Below, one piece after another: positions 18,679-27,762 of a stretch of DNA of 64,000 bases. The stretch's first letter is position 1. Each line of letters opens with the position of its first letter. The stretch lies in assembly GCA_963790025.1 (NCBI GenBank), contig CAWBMP010000004.1:640001-704000 (forward strand), written 5' to 3'. Under the pieces are notes generated by a model that did no database searches, had not been told where the DNA came from, and saw only the letters and a program-made list of their open reading frames with translations. A program made the position numbers and the translations under genes. This stretch comes from Nitrospirota bacterium. Lineage in GTDB: Bacteria; Nitrospirota; Thermodesulfovibrionia; Thermodesulfovibrionales; Dissulfurispiraceae.

Positions 18679-19530
18679 CTATTGAGACTTCACTACCAAC
18701 ACTGCGCATCCTGCGAGTCCGATGACTTTTTCAGTCGAACTGCCCATGAGCATCTTTTCGAGCCCTGTTTTGCCGTATGCGCCCATAACAATCAAATCCA
18801 CCCCCCTGCCTCCCGCAGTCTCGGCAATCACTTCGTATGGCCTGCCCACCGGAGTTAATGTCTCTACAGGCATACTCTCTCGTTGTGCCAGTACAGCAAC
18901 CTTGTTAACATTCGATTCGGCATCTTCTAATTCGCTTTCAGTGCGACATACTGAGACAGCGATGATATTGCTGCTACAGTTCTTTGCGATATTTATAGCT
19001 TCCTTGGCTGCTGCTTCAGCGTGCTTTGACCCATCGGTTGCAACCAGCAGATTCTTGTATCCTATTTTTGCCGCCTTCGGGACAACCAAAACTTTGCATT
19101 GCGCGTGCCCGATAACTTGCGCAGCCAATTCACCCGAAAGGATCTTCGCCAGTCCTTTGTGCCCACGTCTCCCAATGATTATCATGTCGATCTGCCTATC
19201 AGCAGCTTCATCAATGATCATTTGATAATAGGGTTCAGGTCCTTCACAGAAGATGTCCTCGCATGACGGAAGCCCTTCCTGCACAGCCCTTGCTTCTACA
19301 GATTCAAGGTGTCTGAGTATTTCGGCTTTCCCTTTTCTTGCAATATCAATGTCTATGGTCTCACTTTCGGGGCTCATTACAAGCATTAACGAAATTACAT
19401 GGAGTTTACTCGAACACCTCTTGGCAAGACTTATTGCCTCCAGTATCGCTCCTTCACTGAAAAGTGACCCGTCTGTTACAAGCATCAGTCGATCATTACT
19501 TGATATAGGATTTGCCTCGGAACCGTTCAT
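18679..19530 (-). CDS. Tandem-domain universal stress protein
   Basis: Two USP domains (VTDGS...GRRG; ATDGS...GAYG...GSSTEKV); AGGAGG SD before ATG 19530. Confidence 0.88.
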   Translation of the reverse strand: MNGSEANPISSNDRLMLVTDGSLFSEGAILEAISLAKRCSSKLHVISLMLVMSPESETIDIDIARKGKAEILRHLESVEARAVQEGLPSCEDIFCEGPEPYYQMIIDEAADRQIDMIIIGRRGHKGLAKILSGELAAQVIGHAQCKVLVVPKAAKIGYKNLLVATDGSKHAEAAAKEAINIAKNCSSNIIAVSVCRTESELEDAESNVNKVAVLAQRESMPVETLTPVGRPYEVIAETAGGRGVDLIVMGAYGKTGLEKMLMGSSTEKVIGLAGCAVLVVKSQ

Positions 19531-19726
19531 ATATCCTCCTTGTAGCGCCTTAATGCTTTGTAAATATTGCCGGCTAACCTTTTCCACCCTTGCCGGGTAA
19601 GACTTGCATTTCAACTATCACGAATGTTATAATATTGGTGTTAGTATAGCGAGATTATTGGTGGATGTCAAGTGGGGGGGGAGGACTTGCATAATTTCCG
19701 TGTTTGTGCGGAAATGGAGGAGAGAG

Positions 19727-20821
19727 ATGAAACCTAAAAATACGTTAACCGAAACGTCGTCGATGCCGCGTGGCGTGGGGCATAGCCGCATTGTGTCAGT
19801 ACCTGATGACAGGCAGTATCTGGACTCAGTCGGGCTCAACCGGTTGGAGCAGTCATTCCGGGAATGGGTCGAGGCAACATCTCGCCCGGATGTGCGTTTG
19901 TCGCGCAGGCGCGTTTTGCTCATTTTCTTGTTGATCCGCTATACCGGGGCCAAGTTGAATGAAGTGCTGGCGCTCGATCCTTTCCGGGACATCGATAAAG
20001 ACCGGCAATCCGTAGTTTTCCGAAATGCGGATAGCAACACCGGACAGAAGGTCCGGGAAGTCCCGATATCCGAAGACTTTTCGGTCGAACTCCGCTCCAT
20101 GTTTGCCGACCCCGAGTTCAAAAAAACCATTAAAGATTGCTTTGTTGTGGATCCCGGCTTTATACGGCTAAAATTCTATGAGCGCGCTTTGGCGTGCGGC
20201 TTCCCCAAAGAAATAGGGGGCCCGGAAATGATCCGCAAGGCCCGTGGCGTGGAGCTGATGCAGGGCAACATGCCCTTGCCGGCGGTCCAAATGCTCCTGG
20301 GGCATTCGACGCCCAACCTGACCTCTTCCTATGTTTCATTCTCCGAAGACGAGATTCGACAGGTGACGAAGCATTTTGTGGAAAAGGAGTCCTCCCGGAA
20401 AACCAGTGCGCGAAACACTTTTTTCGGCAAGATTATAACTTTGCAGCGCGGTGACATACAAACCCTAGTGGAACTATCGACGATTGAAGGCCATCGGGTC
20501 ACTACAGTGATCACCAACGATAGCGTGGGACGGCTCGGATTGAAACAAGGACAGATGATCACAGCCGAAGTAAAAGCACCGTTTGTCATCGTTCAGAAAA
20601 CGGATGAGGAGCCCAAATCCAGTGCGGAAAACAGATTCAGGGGGACTGTCGAACAAGTCAATATTGGTAAAATCAACACTGAATTCGTAGTCAGCATTTC
20701 AGACGAAAGCAGACTTTGCTCCATCATCACAACACAGAGTGGACGACAACTGAACCTTAAGAAAGGTGACAAGGTTTGGGCACTGTTCAATAGTTTTGCC
20801 GTCGTGCTGCATGTTGATTGA
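19727..20821 (+). CDS. tunR: TunR-like tungstate/molybdate-responsive regulator (tyrosine-recombinase-like domain plus two TOBE domains)
   Basis: RYTGAKLNEV, EMIRKAR, LLGHS...TSSY followed by TSARNTF and SSAENRF TOBE repeats; divergent from the tup operon. Confidence 0.8.
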   Translation: MKPKNTLTETSSMPRGVGHSRIVSVPDDRQYLDSVGLNRLEQSFREWVEATSRPDVRLSRRRVLLIFLLIRYTGAKLNEVLALDPFRDIDKDRQSVVFRNADSNTGQKVREVPISEDFSVELRSMFADPEFKKTIKDCFVVDPGFIRLKFYERALACGFPKEIGGPEMIRKARGVELMQGNMPLPAVQMLLGHSTPNLTSSYVSFSEDEIRQVTKHFVEKESSRKTSARNTFFGKIITLQRGDIQTLVELSTIEGHRVTTVITNDSVGRLGLKQGQMITAEVKAPFVIVQKTDEEPKSSAENRFRGTVEQVNIGKINTEFVVSISDESRLCSIITTQSGRQLNLKKGDKVWALFNSFAVVLHVD

Positions 20822-21218
20822 ACCGAAGGCTTTCAACTATTCCGGTTTCTTGTCGATTACATAACGCCGCTTGGGGGCCTCTCCTCCACATATTCCGTAT
20901 TTCCCCATTACAGTTTACAGCAACAATACAAGATGCTATGCGGCGAATGCTACAAAATGCCTATCCTATGAGCGACGTAACTGCACCTTTAAAATGTTGC
21001 AAATCCGGCAGCTCGATCTCGATAGGTATCTGCGTCAAATTAAAGAAGGCGGCAACTTCCTCGTCAGATAACGGATATATACCGGCATCGAATGGAAATG
21101 TTCTTGGAGTTGTAGCAAAATAGCAGCTAATCCTGCCTTGTCAAGATTTAGGCAGTTAGAAAAATCCTGATTATTTTTACCTGACGCCTTCATTTGTTAT
21201 GTTTTTATATAAAAGAAA

Positions 21219-21908
21219 TCATGATTTGTGTTTCTCTGCAACTTTCTTTCTGATCTCCTCCATCTTCTTCGAGAAATCCTCTTTTTGTCTTCGCTCTGTT
21301 TCATCCTTGGGCTCGAAAACAGGGTTAGTCACTTTCCATGTGAGCTGGGCGCTGATCGGACTTTCAGGATATGCTCCGATATCGTAAAGCGTCTGCCCAT
21401 CGAACAGAGTTGGCGTTTCCTGATAACAGGAACATACGGCCTTTCTTAGGAGATCAGGGGTACCGCGGTTGAGCAGATCGATGACTGAAACTATCTGTTT
21501 TCTGAAACGCTCGACAAATTCAATAGGGAGGTTGAAGAGATACGGCGTAGGCGCCGTGGTGTTCCTGATTCTCTTGCGCTCATCAACGCCGTCTTTCAAC
21601 AGTGACTTTATGGCTTCACCCGTCGAATGACCCGGGGACTCGGGTCCAGTCAGCACAAGATAGCGGATATTTGGATTGCCTATGATATTGCAGATCATCT
21701 TTTCGATGCCGATGTTTTCGGTCTGTATCGTCCCCGATATCGCAGAGCCAGCCTCGACGCCGGTTCTGACGAGCAGTTCTATGTCCTTCGGAATTTTGTC
21801 TTCGTCATAGATCAGTATAACCGCGACAGCTACAGGAGAATAATCGTTTCCTCTTAGATATCGGCCTTCTTCAGTCGGATAATCGGGTGACGGCTTAACC
21901 TTGAGCAT
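21219..21908 (-). CDS. MtrA-like corrinoid protein (tetrahydromethanopterin S-methyltransferase subunit A family)
   Basis: SPVAV, GTIQTENIGIEKMICNIIGNPNIRYLVLTGPESPGHSTG, VERFRKQI. Confidence 0.85.
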   Translation of the reverse strand: MLKVKPSPDYPTEEGRYLRGNDYSPVAVAVILIYDEDKIPKDIELLVRTGVEAGSAISGTIQTENIGIEKMICNIIGNPNIRYLVLTGPESPGHSTGEAIKSLLKDGVDERKRIRNTTAPTPYLFNLPIEFVERFRKQIVSVIDLLNRGTPDLLRKAVCSCYQETPTLFDGQTLYDIGAYPESPISAQLTWKVTNPVFEPKDETERRQKEDFSKKMEEIRKKVAEKHKS

Positions 21909-21963
21909 ACAATTCTCCCTTTATTGGTTGCGAATGAGGTCTAACATCGACCTCTTTAACGCG

Positions 21964-22257
21964 TCAACAACAGCCGCCATTTTCAGAGTCGCCGCAACCA
22001 CAGGACGGTTCTCCGCCTGTAATCATGCTCCTGATAAGTGCCGAGGCGCATCCAACGCCAGCTTCGACTTCCAACGCTCCAAATTCACAGTTATTGGCGC
22101 AAGCGCCGCATTCCATGCAACGGTCGATGTCGATGACGCGCACCTTCTTACCGTTCTTCTCAAAGACAGCATGCGGGCAGACTTCAATACAAGTCCCGCA
22201 GCCCGTGCATTTTTCTGCGGAGAAAACCAAACTCACTACGTTCGATAGATATTTCAT
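21964..22257 (-). CDS. hgcB: Mercury methylation ferredoxin HgcB
   Basis: CTGCGTCIEVCP, CMECGACANNC, GVGCA, terminal CC; ATGA overlap with hgcA. Confidence 0.95.
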   Translation of the reverse strand: MKYLSNVVSLVFSAEKCTGCGTCIEVCPHAVFEKNGKKVRVIDIDRCMECGACANNCEFGALEVEAGVGCASALIRSMITGGEPSCGCGDSENGGCC

Positions 22258-23312
22258 ACAATCCCCCATTCATTAAGCTTATACACTAAAACAAGTAGAA
22301 GTGATACTATCACTGATCCTATGTAAAAAGGCATCGCTATCCGCAACTCTTTTTTAACCCCTGACATGCCTGTAAATGTTGTTGAGCCGGTGAATTGAAG
22401 CGCTACATATGAGCTAGCGGCAGGGAAGAAGAGACACGCGGCTCCAAAAAGGACCCATGCATGTATAAAGTAAGACCTTAGAATATGCCCTGTAATTACG
22501 ACTGAAAGTGCACCCGTTATCCATCCCTTTATCGCAAAAGACCTGAATGGAACAAATGGGAGCATGACAGGGGTAATTAAAGCGCCGCTCAAGACCGCAA
22601 TGAATCCAATAAGCAAGAACGGCATTCCACCTGACCACGCCTTGCTGAATATGATGCCTGAAGGAGTAAGCCCGAACAAAACCAGCATGGTCAGAGCAAA
22701 AAGAGGATAATTCTTCATAGCTGGAATGATCTCCATAGGAGTAAGAATGAGTCTATCCCAAACCGGAAACTTTACTAAACTCATTTCATCAGTCTTCCGG
22801 TATCCGGCGCTGAGATATGCCGGTATGTCCTTGGCGTTTACAGGTCCGAAATGCACTTTAAATCCGGTCACCTTATGTACCTCCCTCGCATTCACTCCGG
22901 GAGCGCAAAGCTGGGGCGCTATAATCCTCTTGTGATCCACAACATCCTGTAGCCGCGCCTCACGAATCCTCTTTACCAATTCATTCGTGCCAAACGTCCC
23001 TTTTCCGGCAGCACACCAGACATTGATTCCTTTAGTGTCCAAAACAAGTATCCACGCATTCAGTCCCTTCAAACTTCTGCGGAGTATGTCGAAACTCAAT
23101 TTGTAATTGGCGCTTGCGAACACGTCCGAATCCCTGCCCGGTTCTCCGAGGGCATAGAGTCCAGGTTTGACTATGTAGCTCATCCGCAACCCGCTGATTC
23201 TGCATTTCACCTGTCCCCAAATATCGGAATGTGACCACTCTGATGATGTTTTTGATATTTCTGGTTGCTTATCAGGACAACAGAGAGGGATTATGGCAAG
23301 CTTGTTCTGCAT
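22254..23312 (-). CDS. hgcA: Mercury methylation corrinoid protein HgcA
   Basis: ANYKLSFD, cap-helix GINVWCAAGKGTFG, C-terminal TM helices, FTGSTTFT. Confidence 0.96.
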   Translation of the reverse strand: MQNKLAIIPLCCPDKQPEISKTSSEWSHSDIWGQVKCRISGLRMSYIVKPGLYALGEPGRDSDVFASANYKLSFDILRRSLKGLNAWILVLDTKGINVWCAAGKGTFGTNELVKRIREARLQDVVDHKRIIAPQLCAPGVNAREVHKVTGFKVHFGPVNAKDIPAYLSAGYRKTDEMSLVKFPVWDRLILTPMEIIPAMKNYPLFALTMLVLFGLTPSGIIFSKAWSGGMPFLLIGFIAVLSGALITPVMLPFVPFRSFAIKGWITGALSVVITGHILRSYFIHAWVLFGAACLFFPAASSYVALQFTGSTTFTGMSGVKKELRIAMPFYIGSVIVSLLLVLVYKLNEWGIV

Positions 23313-23313
23313 T

Positions 23314-24699
23314 TTACCGGGCCTCCCTGCGCCTATCGTCGGATAGACGGATTTCTCTATTCCACGACTGGGCGGCCATTTGCACAGGGTCCCAGGGGCT
23401 GGAGAGTGGCGGTGTATAGCTGAGATCCAGGTCGTTCAATGCCTCCACGGGCATCCCATTATGAACTGCAGCAGCCACCGTGTCGATACGCTTAGAAACC
23501 TCTGTGCCATAAGTGCCGATGATCTGCATGCCCAGAAGTTTGCGTGTTTTTTTATCGCCTGTGATGCGAATTCGCAATTTTTCCGCGTGGGGATAATAGA
23601 ACTTATGGTCCCAAGTGTCAATATCCACAGACAAGGGAGAAAACCCTTCTTTCAGGGCTTCATCGTCTTTCAGGCCTGTCCGTGCAGCAACAAGATTGAA
23701 AATCTTAACGGATTGGGTTCCCAAGGTACCGGTATATTCTCGATTGCCGCCTACTGCGTTTTCACCGGCTACGCGACCCTGTTTATGAGCAGTAGTGCCC
23801 AAGGGCAGGTATGTGTTTTTCCCAAGCAGCCGGTGAAAGGTTTCCACACAGTCTCCCGCTGCATAAATATCAGGAATGGAGCTCTCCATTCGCCGATTGA
23901 CGCAAATCGCGCCCTTAACGCCGGTTGCGATACCCGCAGATTGGGCCAGACGGGTTTCCGGTCGGCTGCCTACAGCCACGAGAACCATATCGGCAGTAAT
24001 AGCATCTCTAGCTGAGCGCACAGAAAGCGAACGTCCAGTGGATTCGATCTGTTTCACACTAAATTCGTTGAACACCTGAACACCATTTTTTTCCAATTCC
24101 GTCCGCACGATGCTACCCAAGGCAGGATCAAAAGTTGTTAGAACGGAAGGTGCAAATTCGACTACTGAAACGGAGAGACCTCGTAGCTTCATGGCATCGG
24201 CCATTTCCATACCGATATAACCTGCACCGATAATGACGATAGAGGCAGGACTACGAGCAGTGAGGTATTCCTGAAACGCAAAACTGTCTGCCATCCATCT
24301 AAGAAAAAAGACGCCGGGAAGATCGATGCCGGGAAGATTCGGTATAAGAGATTTGCCTCCGGTACCTATAACAAGCCTGTCGTAAGAAAACGTCTTGATA
24401 TGGCCTCCAGTATCAGTAGCAACTATTTGTTTTCGGTCAGAAATGATGGATGTGACACGATGCTGTGTCACAACTTTGACCCCTTCTTTTTCAATTTCAT
24501 CAGCGGTGCGATGAGCTAATGCTTTCCAGTCTGGAACCTCACCACTCAGATAAAACGGAAGACCGCAGATACTGAAATTAGGATATTGGTCTGCCAGGAT
24601 CATGGTGACTTCTGTATTGGGCTCCAATTCTTTGACTCGAAGGCCTGCGCTGATTCCGGCATCACTGCCGCCGATAATTACTATTTTTTCAGGTTTCAT
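23314..24699 (-). CDS. CoA-disulfide reductase / NADH oxidase-family flavoprotein
   Basis: GGSDAG, NFSICGLP, GAGYIG, AAGDC, DLSYTPP. Confidence 0.88.
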   Translation of the reverse strand: MKPEKIVIIGGSDAGISAGLRVKELEPNTEVTMILADQYPNFSICGLPFYLSGEVPDWKALAHRTADEIEKEGVKVVTQHRVTSIISDRKQIVATDTGGHIKTFSYDRLVIGTGGKSLIPNLPGIDLPGVFFLRWMADSFAFQEYLTARSPASIVIIGAGYIGMEMADAMKLRGLSVSVVEFAPSVLTTFDPALGSIVRTELEKNGVQVFNEFSVKQIESTGRSLSVRSARDAITADMVLVAVGSRPETRLAQSAGIATGVKGAICVNRRMESSIPDIYAAGDCVETFHRLLGKNTYLPLGTTAHKQGRVAGENAVGGNREYTGTLGTQSVKIFNLVAARTGLKDDEALKEGFSPLSVDIDTWDHKFYYPHAEKLRIRITGDKKTRKLLGMQIIGTYGTEVSKRIDTVAAAVHNGMPVEALNDLDLSYTPPLSSPWDPVQMAAQSWNREIRLSDDRRREAR

Positions 24700-24776
24700 A
24701 TTGTGTCTCCTGAGATCTTTTTTATCTTGAAGAAGATTATATCCGCGATAATGCCTCCAAGGACTTCGAGCCTCAT
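24696..24776 (-). pseudogene. 26-codon mini-ORF, probable deletion scar (small thioredoxin-like start joined to another gene's end)
   Basis: AGGAGA SD, MRLEVLG-GIIADIIFFKIKKISGDTI*; TGA overlaps the next ATG. Confidence 0.5.
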
Positions 24777-24804
24777 AACTATCTCCTATGAAATAATATA
24801 TTTA

Positions 24805-25875
24805 TTATTCAATACTCGTATTTTTTATTCTGCAATATTCGACGGTAAAATATTTTTTCTGGAAACGTAGTGCGACATTTACAAGTCCAATCAGTACCGG
24901 CACTTCCACAAGGGGACCTATAACGGCTGCAAAGGCCGCTCCGGAGTTAATACCGAATACTGCCACGGCAACGGCTATGGCGAGCTCGAAATTATTGCTT
25001 GCAGCAGTAAAGGACAGAGTTGCCGTTTTTGCGTAATCGGTGCCGATTTCTCTGCCCATGTAGAATGAAACCAGAAACATGACTACGAAATAAATCAGCA
25101 GAGGTATCGCTATACGAATTACATCCAGGGGGAGCTTGACGATATAATTCCCCTTCAGGGAAAACATAATAACAATTGTAAAAAGGAGAAAGATAAGTGT
25201 AACAGGACTGATTTTAGGTATAAATACCTGCTCATACCATTGACGACTCTTTAGCTTCAGAAGACTGAAACGGGTTATCATTCCTGCTATGAAAGGAATC
25301 CCAAGATAGATGAAAACGCTTTCCGCTATCTGCCCTATCGTCACTTTCACAACAACACCTTTGAGTCCGAACCACGCCGGGAGAATAGTTATGAATATAT
25401 AGGCATACACCGAGTAGAAAAGCACCTGAAAGATAGAATTAAATGCAACAAGTCCGGCAGCATATTCGGGATCACCGCAGGCAAGATCATTCCATACTAT
25501 AACCATGGCAATGCAACGGGCCAACCCTATCATTATGAGTCCGACCATATATCCCGGATAGTCATGCAAAAAAATAATTGCCAAAAAAAACATTAATATA
25601 GGACCAATGATCCAATTCTGAATAAGGGACAACCCAAGTACCTTTTTGTTCTTGAAGACTTCACCCAGTTCCTCATATTTGACCTTTGCAAGAGGAGGGT
25701 ACATCATGAGTATAAGACCAATAGCAATCGGTATATTGGTGGTCCCGACCTGAAAGCTGTTTATCAGGCCCTCCACTCTGGGCATAAAATAGCCTAGACC
25801 CACACCCAGCGCCATGGCGGAAAATATCCACAAGGTGAGATAGCGGTCAAGAAAAGAGAGCTTCTTATTTTCCAT
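24805..25875 (-). CDS. acr3: Arsenite efflux transporter Acr3
   Basis: [46 protein letters not shown]. Confidence 0.96.
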   Translation of the reverse strand: MENKKLSFLDRYLTLWIFSAMALGVGLGYFMPRVEGLINSFQVGTTNIPIAIGLILMMYPPLAKVKYEELGEVFKNKKVLGLSLIQNWIIGPILMFFLAIIFLHDYPGYMVGLIMIGLARCIAMVIVWNDLACGDPEYAAGLVAFNSIFQVLFYSVYAYIFITILPAWFGLKGVVVKVTIGQIAESVFIYLGIPFIAGMITRFSLLKLKSRQWYEQVFIPKISPVTLIFLLFTIVIMFSLKGNYIVKLPLDVIRIAIPLLIYFVVMFLVSFYMGREIGTDYAKTATLSFTAASNNFELAIAVAVAVFGINSGAAFAAVIGPLVEVPVLIGLVNVALRFQKKYFTVEYCRIKNTSIE

Positions 25876-26305
25876 ACTGTTCTTCCTCTTTAAGCCAGTG
25901 CTCTATGCGAGACTTGATCTGGTCCCTTATTATTCGCGCGCCCTTCAGTCGTTCCTCATGGGTCCCCTTGAGTTCGGCAGGATCTTCAAAAGGCCAGTTA
26001 AGCCGCTTTACTACACCCGGGAAGATAGGGCACTGTTCAGCGTTTGCATCATCACAAACAGATATCACATAGTTATAGAGCTTTCCAGCCTTATAGAAAT
26101 CAAATGCGCTCTTTACCTTATTGTTAGATATGTCATACCCTGATTCTTTCATCACTTCAACAATCAGGGGATTCAATGTGCCAGGGGTTAGCCCTGCGCT
26201 TTCGGCAACAAATCTGTCACACGCCAGCTCATTCAAAAATGCCTCGGCCATTTGACTACGTGCCGTGTTATGAACGCACACAAATAAGACTCTGGTCTTT
26301 TTCAT
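25865..26305 (-). CDS. arsC: Arsenate reductase (LMW-PTPase type)
   Basis: [16 protein letters not shown]...CP, FEDP. Confidence 0.92.
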   Translation of the reverse strand: MKKTRVLFVCVHNTARSQMAEAFLNELACDRFVAESAGLTPGTLNPLIVEVMKESGYDISNNKVKSAFDFYKAGKLYNYVISVCDDANAEQCPIFPGVVKRLNWPFEDPAELKGTHEERLKGARIIRDQIKSRIEHWLKEEEQYGK

Positions 26306-26339
26306 TTTCTTCCTCCTCCCAACGGCAGCGGGTTAACTT

Positions 26340-26681
26340 CTATGCGCAGCAGAGCCCATTTTTAGTTTTGGCGAATTCATTCAATCGTCTCTGGTCTTCC
26401 CCGACCGATTCAGAGGAGATTTTTTCCAAAACAGAGATAATCAAAAATCTCTTGAACATATCCGAATCATGGATACTGTAATGAATCCACTTCCCCTGTC
26501 TTCTGTCCTTGATCAGTCCCGCGTCTTTCAGGATTTTGAGGTGGAAAGATACCTTGGGCTGGACCATATCGAGTGCGGCAACAATATCGCATACGCAAAG
26601 TTCTCCATTTTCGAGGAGCTTTAGTGTTCGGAGCCTTGTCTCATCAGAGAGGGCCTTAAAAACAGTAACCAAATCGTTCAT
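26340..26681 (-). CDS. arsR: ArsR-family repressor
   Basis: FKALSDETRL, ELCVCD, VSFHL, terminal CC. Confidence 0.93.
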   Translation of the reverse strand: MNDLVTVFKALSDETRLRTLKLLENGELCVCDIVAALDMVQPKVSFHLKILKDAGLIKDRRQGKWIHYSIHDSDMFKRFLIISVLEKISSESVGEDQRRLNEFAKTKNGLCCA

Positions 26682-26696
26682 TGTGCTTTAACCCTC

Positions 26697-27047
26697 CTAA
26701 AAAACTATTTTTTCAGCTGCATTGCTGATTGCCGCACTGGTCACTTCTGTCTTTCCCTTTTTATATCCAAAATCCTCAAGCATATAAGATTTTGGCGTGA
26801 ATCCCGCATTTTCAAGCACCTTCTTCGCACACAAAGACGGGCATCCATCAATAGTGACAGTCGTCGCCGCTTTTACCGGGGCTATCTTTTCAGGTATGTT
26901 GGCTCCGACAGCTGCCATGCAGTACATCTTCCCTTTTCCGTCTTTAGACAGTTTTCTTGCCACCTGATCAGATAACGCCCCTACATCTGCGGCCCCAGAA
27001 CACGAGAAAATGAGTATCTTCTCCTTACCGCATGCATTTTCTGACAT
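26697..27047 (-). CDS. DGC-domain putative zinc-binding protein
   Basis: SCSGAADVG, MYCMA, IDGCPSLCA. Confidence 0.85.
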   Translation of the reverse strand: MSENACGKEKILIFSCSGAADVGALSDQVARKLSKDGKGKMYCMAAVGANIPEKIAPVKAATTVTIDGCPSLCAKKVLENAGFTPKSYMLEDFGYKKGKTEVTSAAISNAAEKIVF

Positions 27048-27069
27048 ATGAACCTCCTTCTTGAGCAGT

Positions 27070-27123
27070 CATATCAAATTATCTTTATGTGTTAAATTTA
27101 CCTTTTATTATTTTTTTTGTCAA
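27070..27123 (-). promoter_or_regulatory. Sigma70 promoter and putative ArsR operator of the ars-hgc operon
   Basis: TTGACA (27123-27118)-17-TAAATT (27100-27095); imperfect palindrome CATATCAA-N6-TTTATGTG at 27070-27091. Confidence 0.65.
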
Positions 27124-27274
27124 GTGCAATCATAAACAGGTTTGATTTTCTCTATCATCAGGAAATAATAGCAGTTGACAAATATAAATAAGTATATATA
27201 AACTTTCTGCTAAAAGGTGTTCAAGAGGCATATCCGACCTGATGCCGCGCATCAGGTATAGAGGAGGCTAAATA

Positions 27275-27355
27275 ATGTCATTGGAAAGCGCTCAGCAATT
27301 CGTGTCAAGGATGAAATCGGACAAGAACTTCAGAGCTAAGGACAGTAGAGGGTAA
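27275..27355 (+). pseudogene. Truncated Nif11-like leader-peptide gene
   Basis: GAGGAGG SD; MSLESAQQFVSRMKSDKNFRAK resembles Nif11-type leaders, then stops at the junction with the integrase fragment. Confidence 0.6.
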
Positions 27356-27599
27356 AAAGCCAGATGATTGGATATTCACACTAAAAGGTCAACCGTATGG
27401 TTGCAACTGCCTTTATAGGGCATGGAAGAAAGCCTGTAAAAATGCGAGGGTGAAGCATATATCGCTTCAACAGGCATCGAGACATAGCACAGCATCGAGA
27501 ATTATGAAAAAGGCCAAGGATGAAGCCCTGAAACGCATACAGGCACGGCTAGGTCATAAAAACAAGTCAACTGGAAAGAAGCACTACGTCATAGAATGA
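27345..27599 (+). pseudogene. C-terminal fragment of a phage-type tyrosine integrase
   Basis: WIF...AWKKACKNARVKHISLQQASRHSTAS...IQARLGHKNKSTGKKHY*; no start; ends 88 nt from the tRNA 3' end. Confidence 0.8.
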
Positions 27600-27687
27600 A
27601 ATTTCACCGAACAGCTACCGAACGTAAAACCAGGCTCAAAAAGCACTAATATTTAGAAAAAGTCAAATAAAACAAGGAAAAAAAGAA

Positions 27688-27762
27688 TCGGGGCGAGCCG
27701 ATTCGAACGGCCGACCTCTCGCACCCCAAGCGAGTGCGCTATCCAGGCTGCGCTACGCCCCG
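27688..27762 (-). tRNA. tRNA-Pro(GGG)
   Basis: CGGGGCGTAGCGCAGCCTGGATAGCGCA-CTCGC-TTGGGGT-GCGAG-AGGTCGGCCGTTCGAATCGGCTCGCCCCGA; CCA not encoded. Confidence 0.95.

Noticed and set aside
19615..19640. TunR binding site (ATCACG also near 54674)
   Set aside because: No convincing palindrome by eye; needs a position weight matrix scan.
19727..20400. Active XerC/D-like integrase
   Set aside because: Catalytic Arg and His positions are substituted and the domain is fused to TOBE repeats; fits TunR.
20961..21140. Minus-strand open stretch (...FATTPRTFPFDAGIYPLSDEEV...)
   Set aside because: No start codon and no family recognised; possibly a gene remnant, but unsupported.
21219..21908. Evidence of methanogenesis or an archaeal contig
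   Set aside because: Lone MtrA homolog without other mtr or mcr genes, in a clearly bacterial context.
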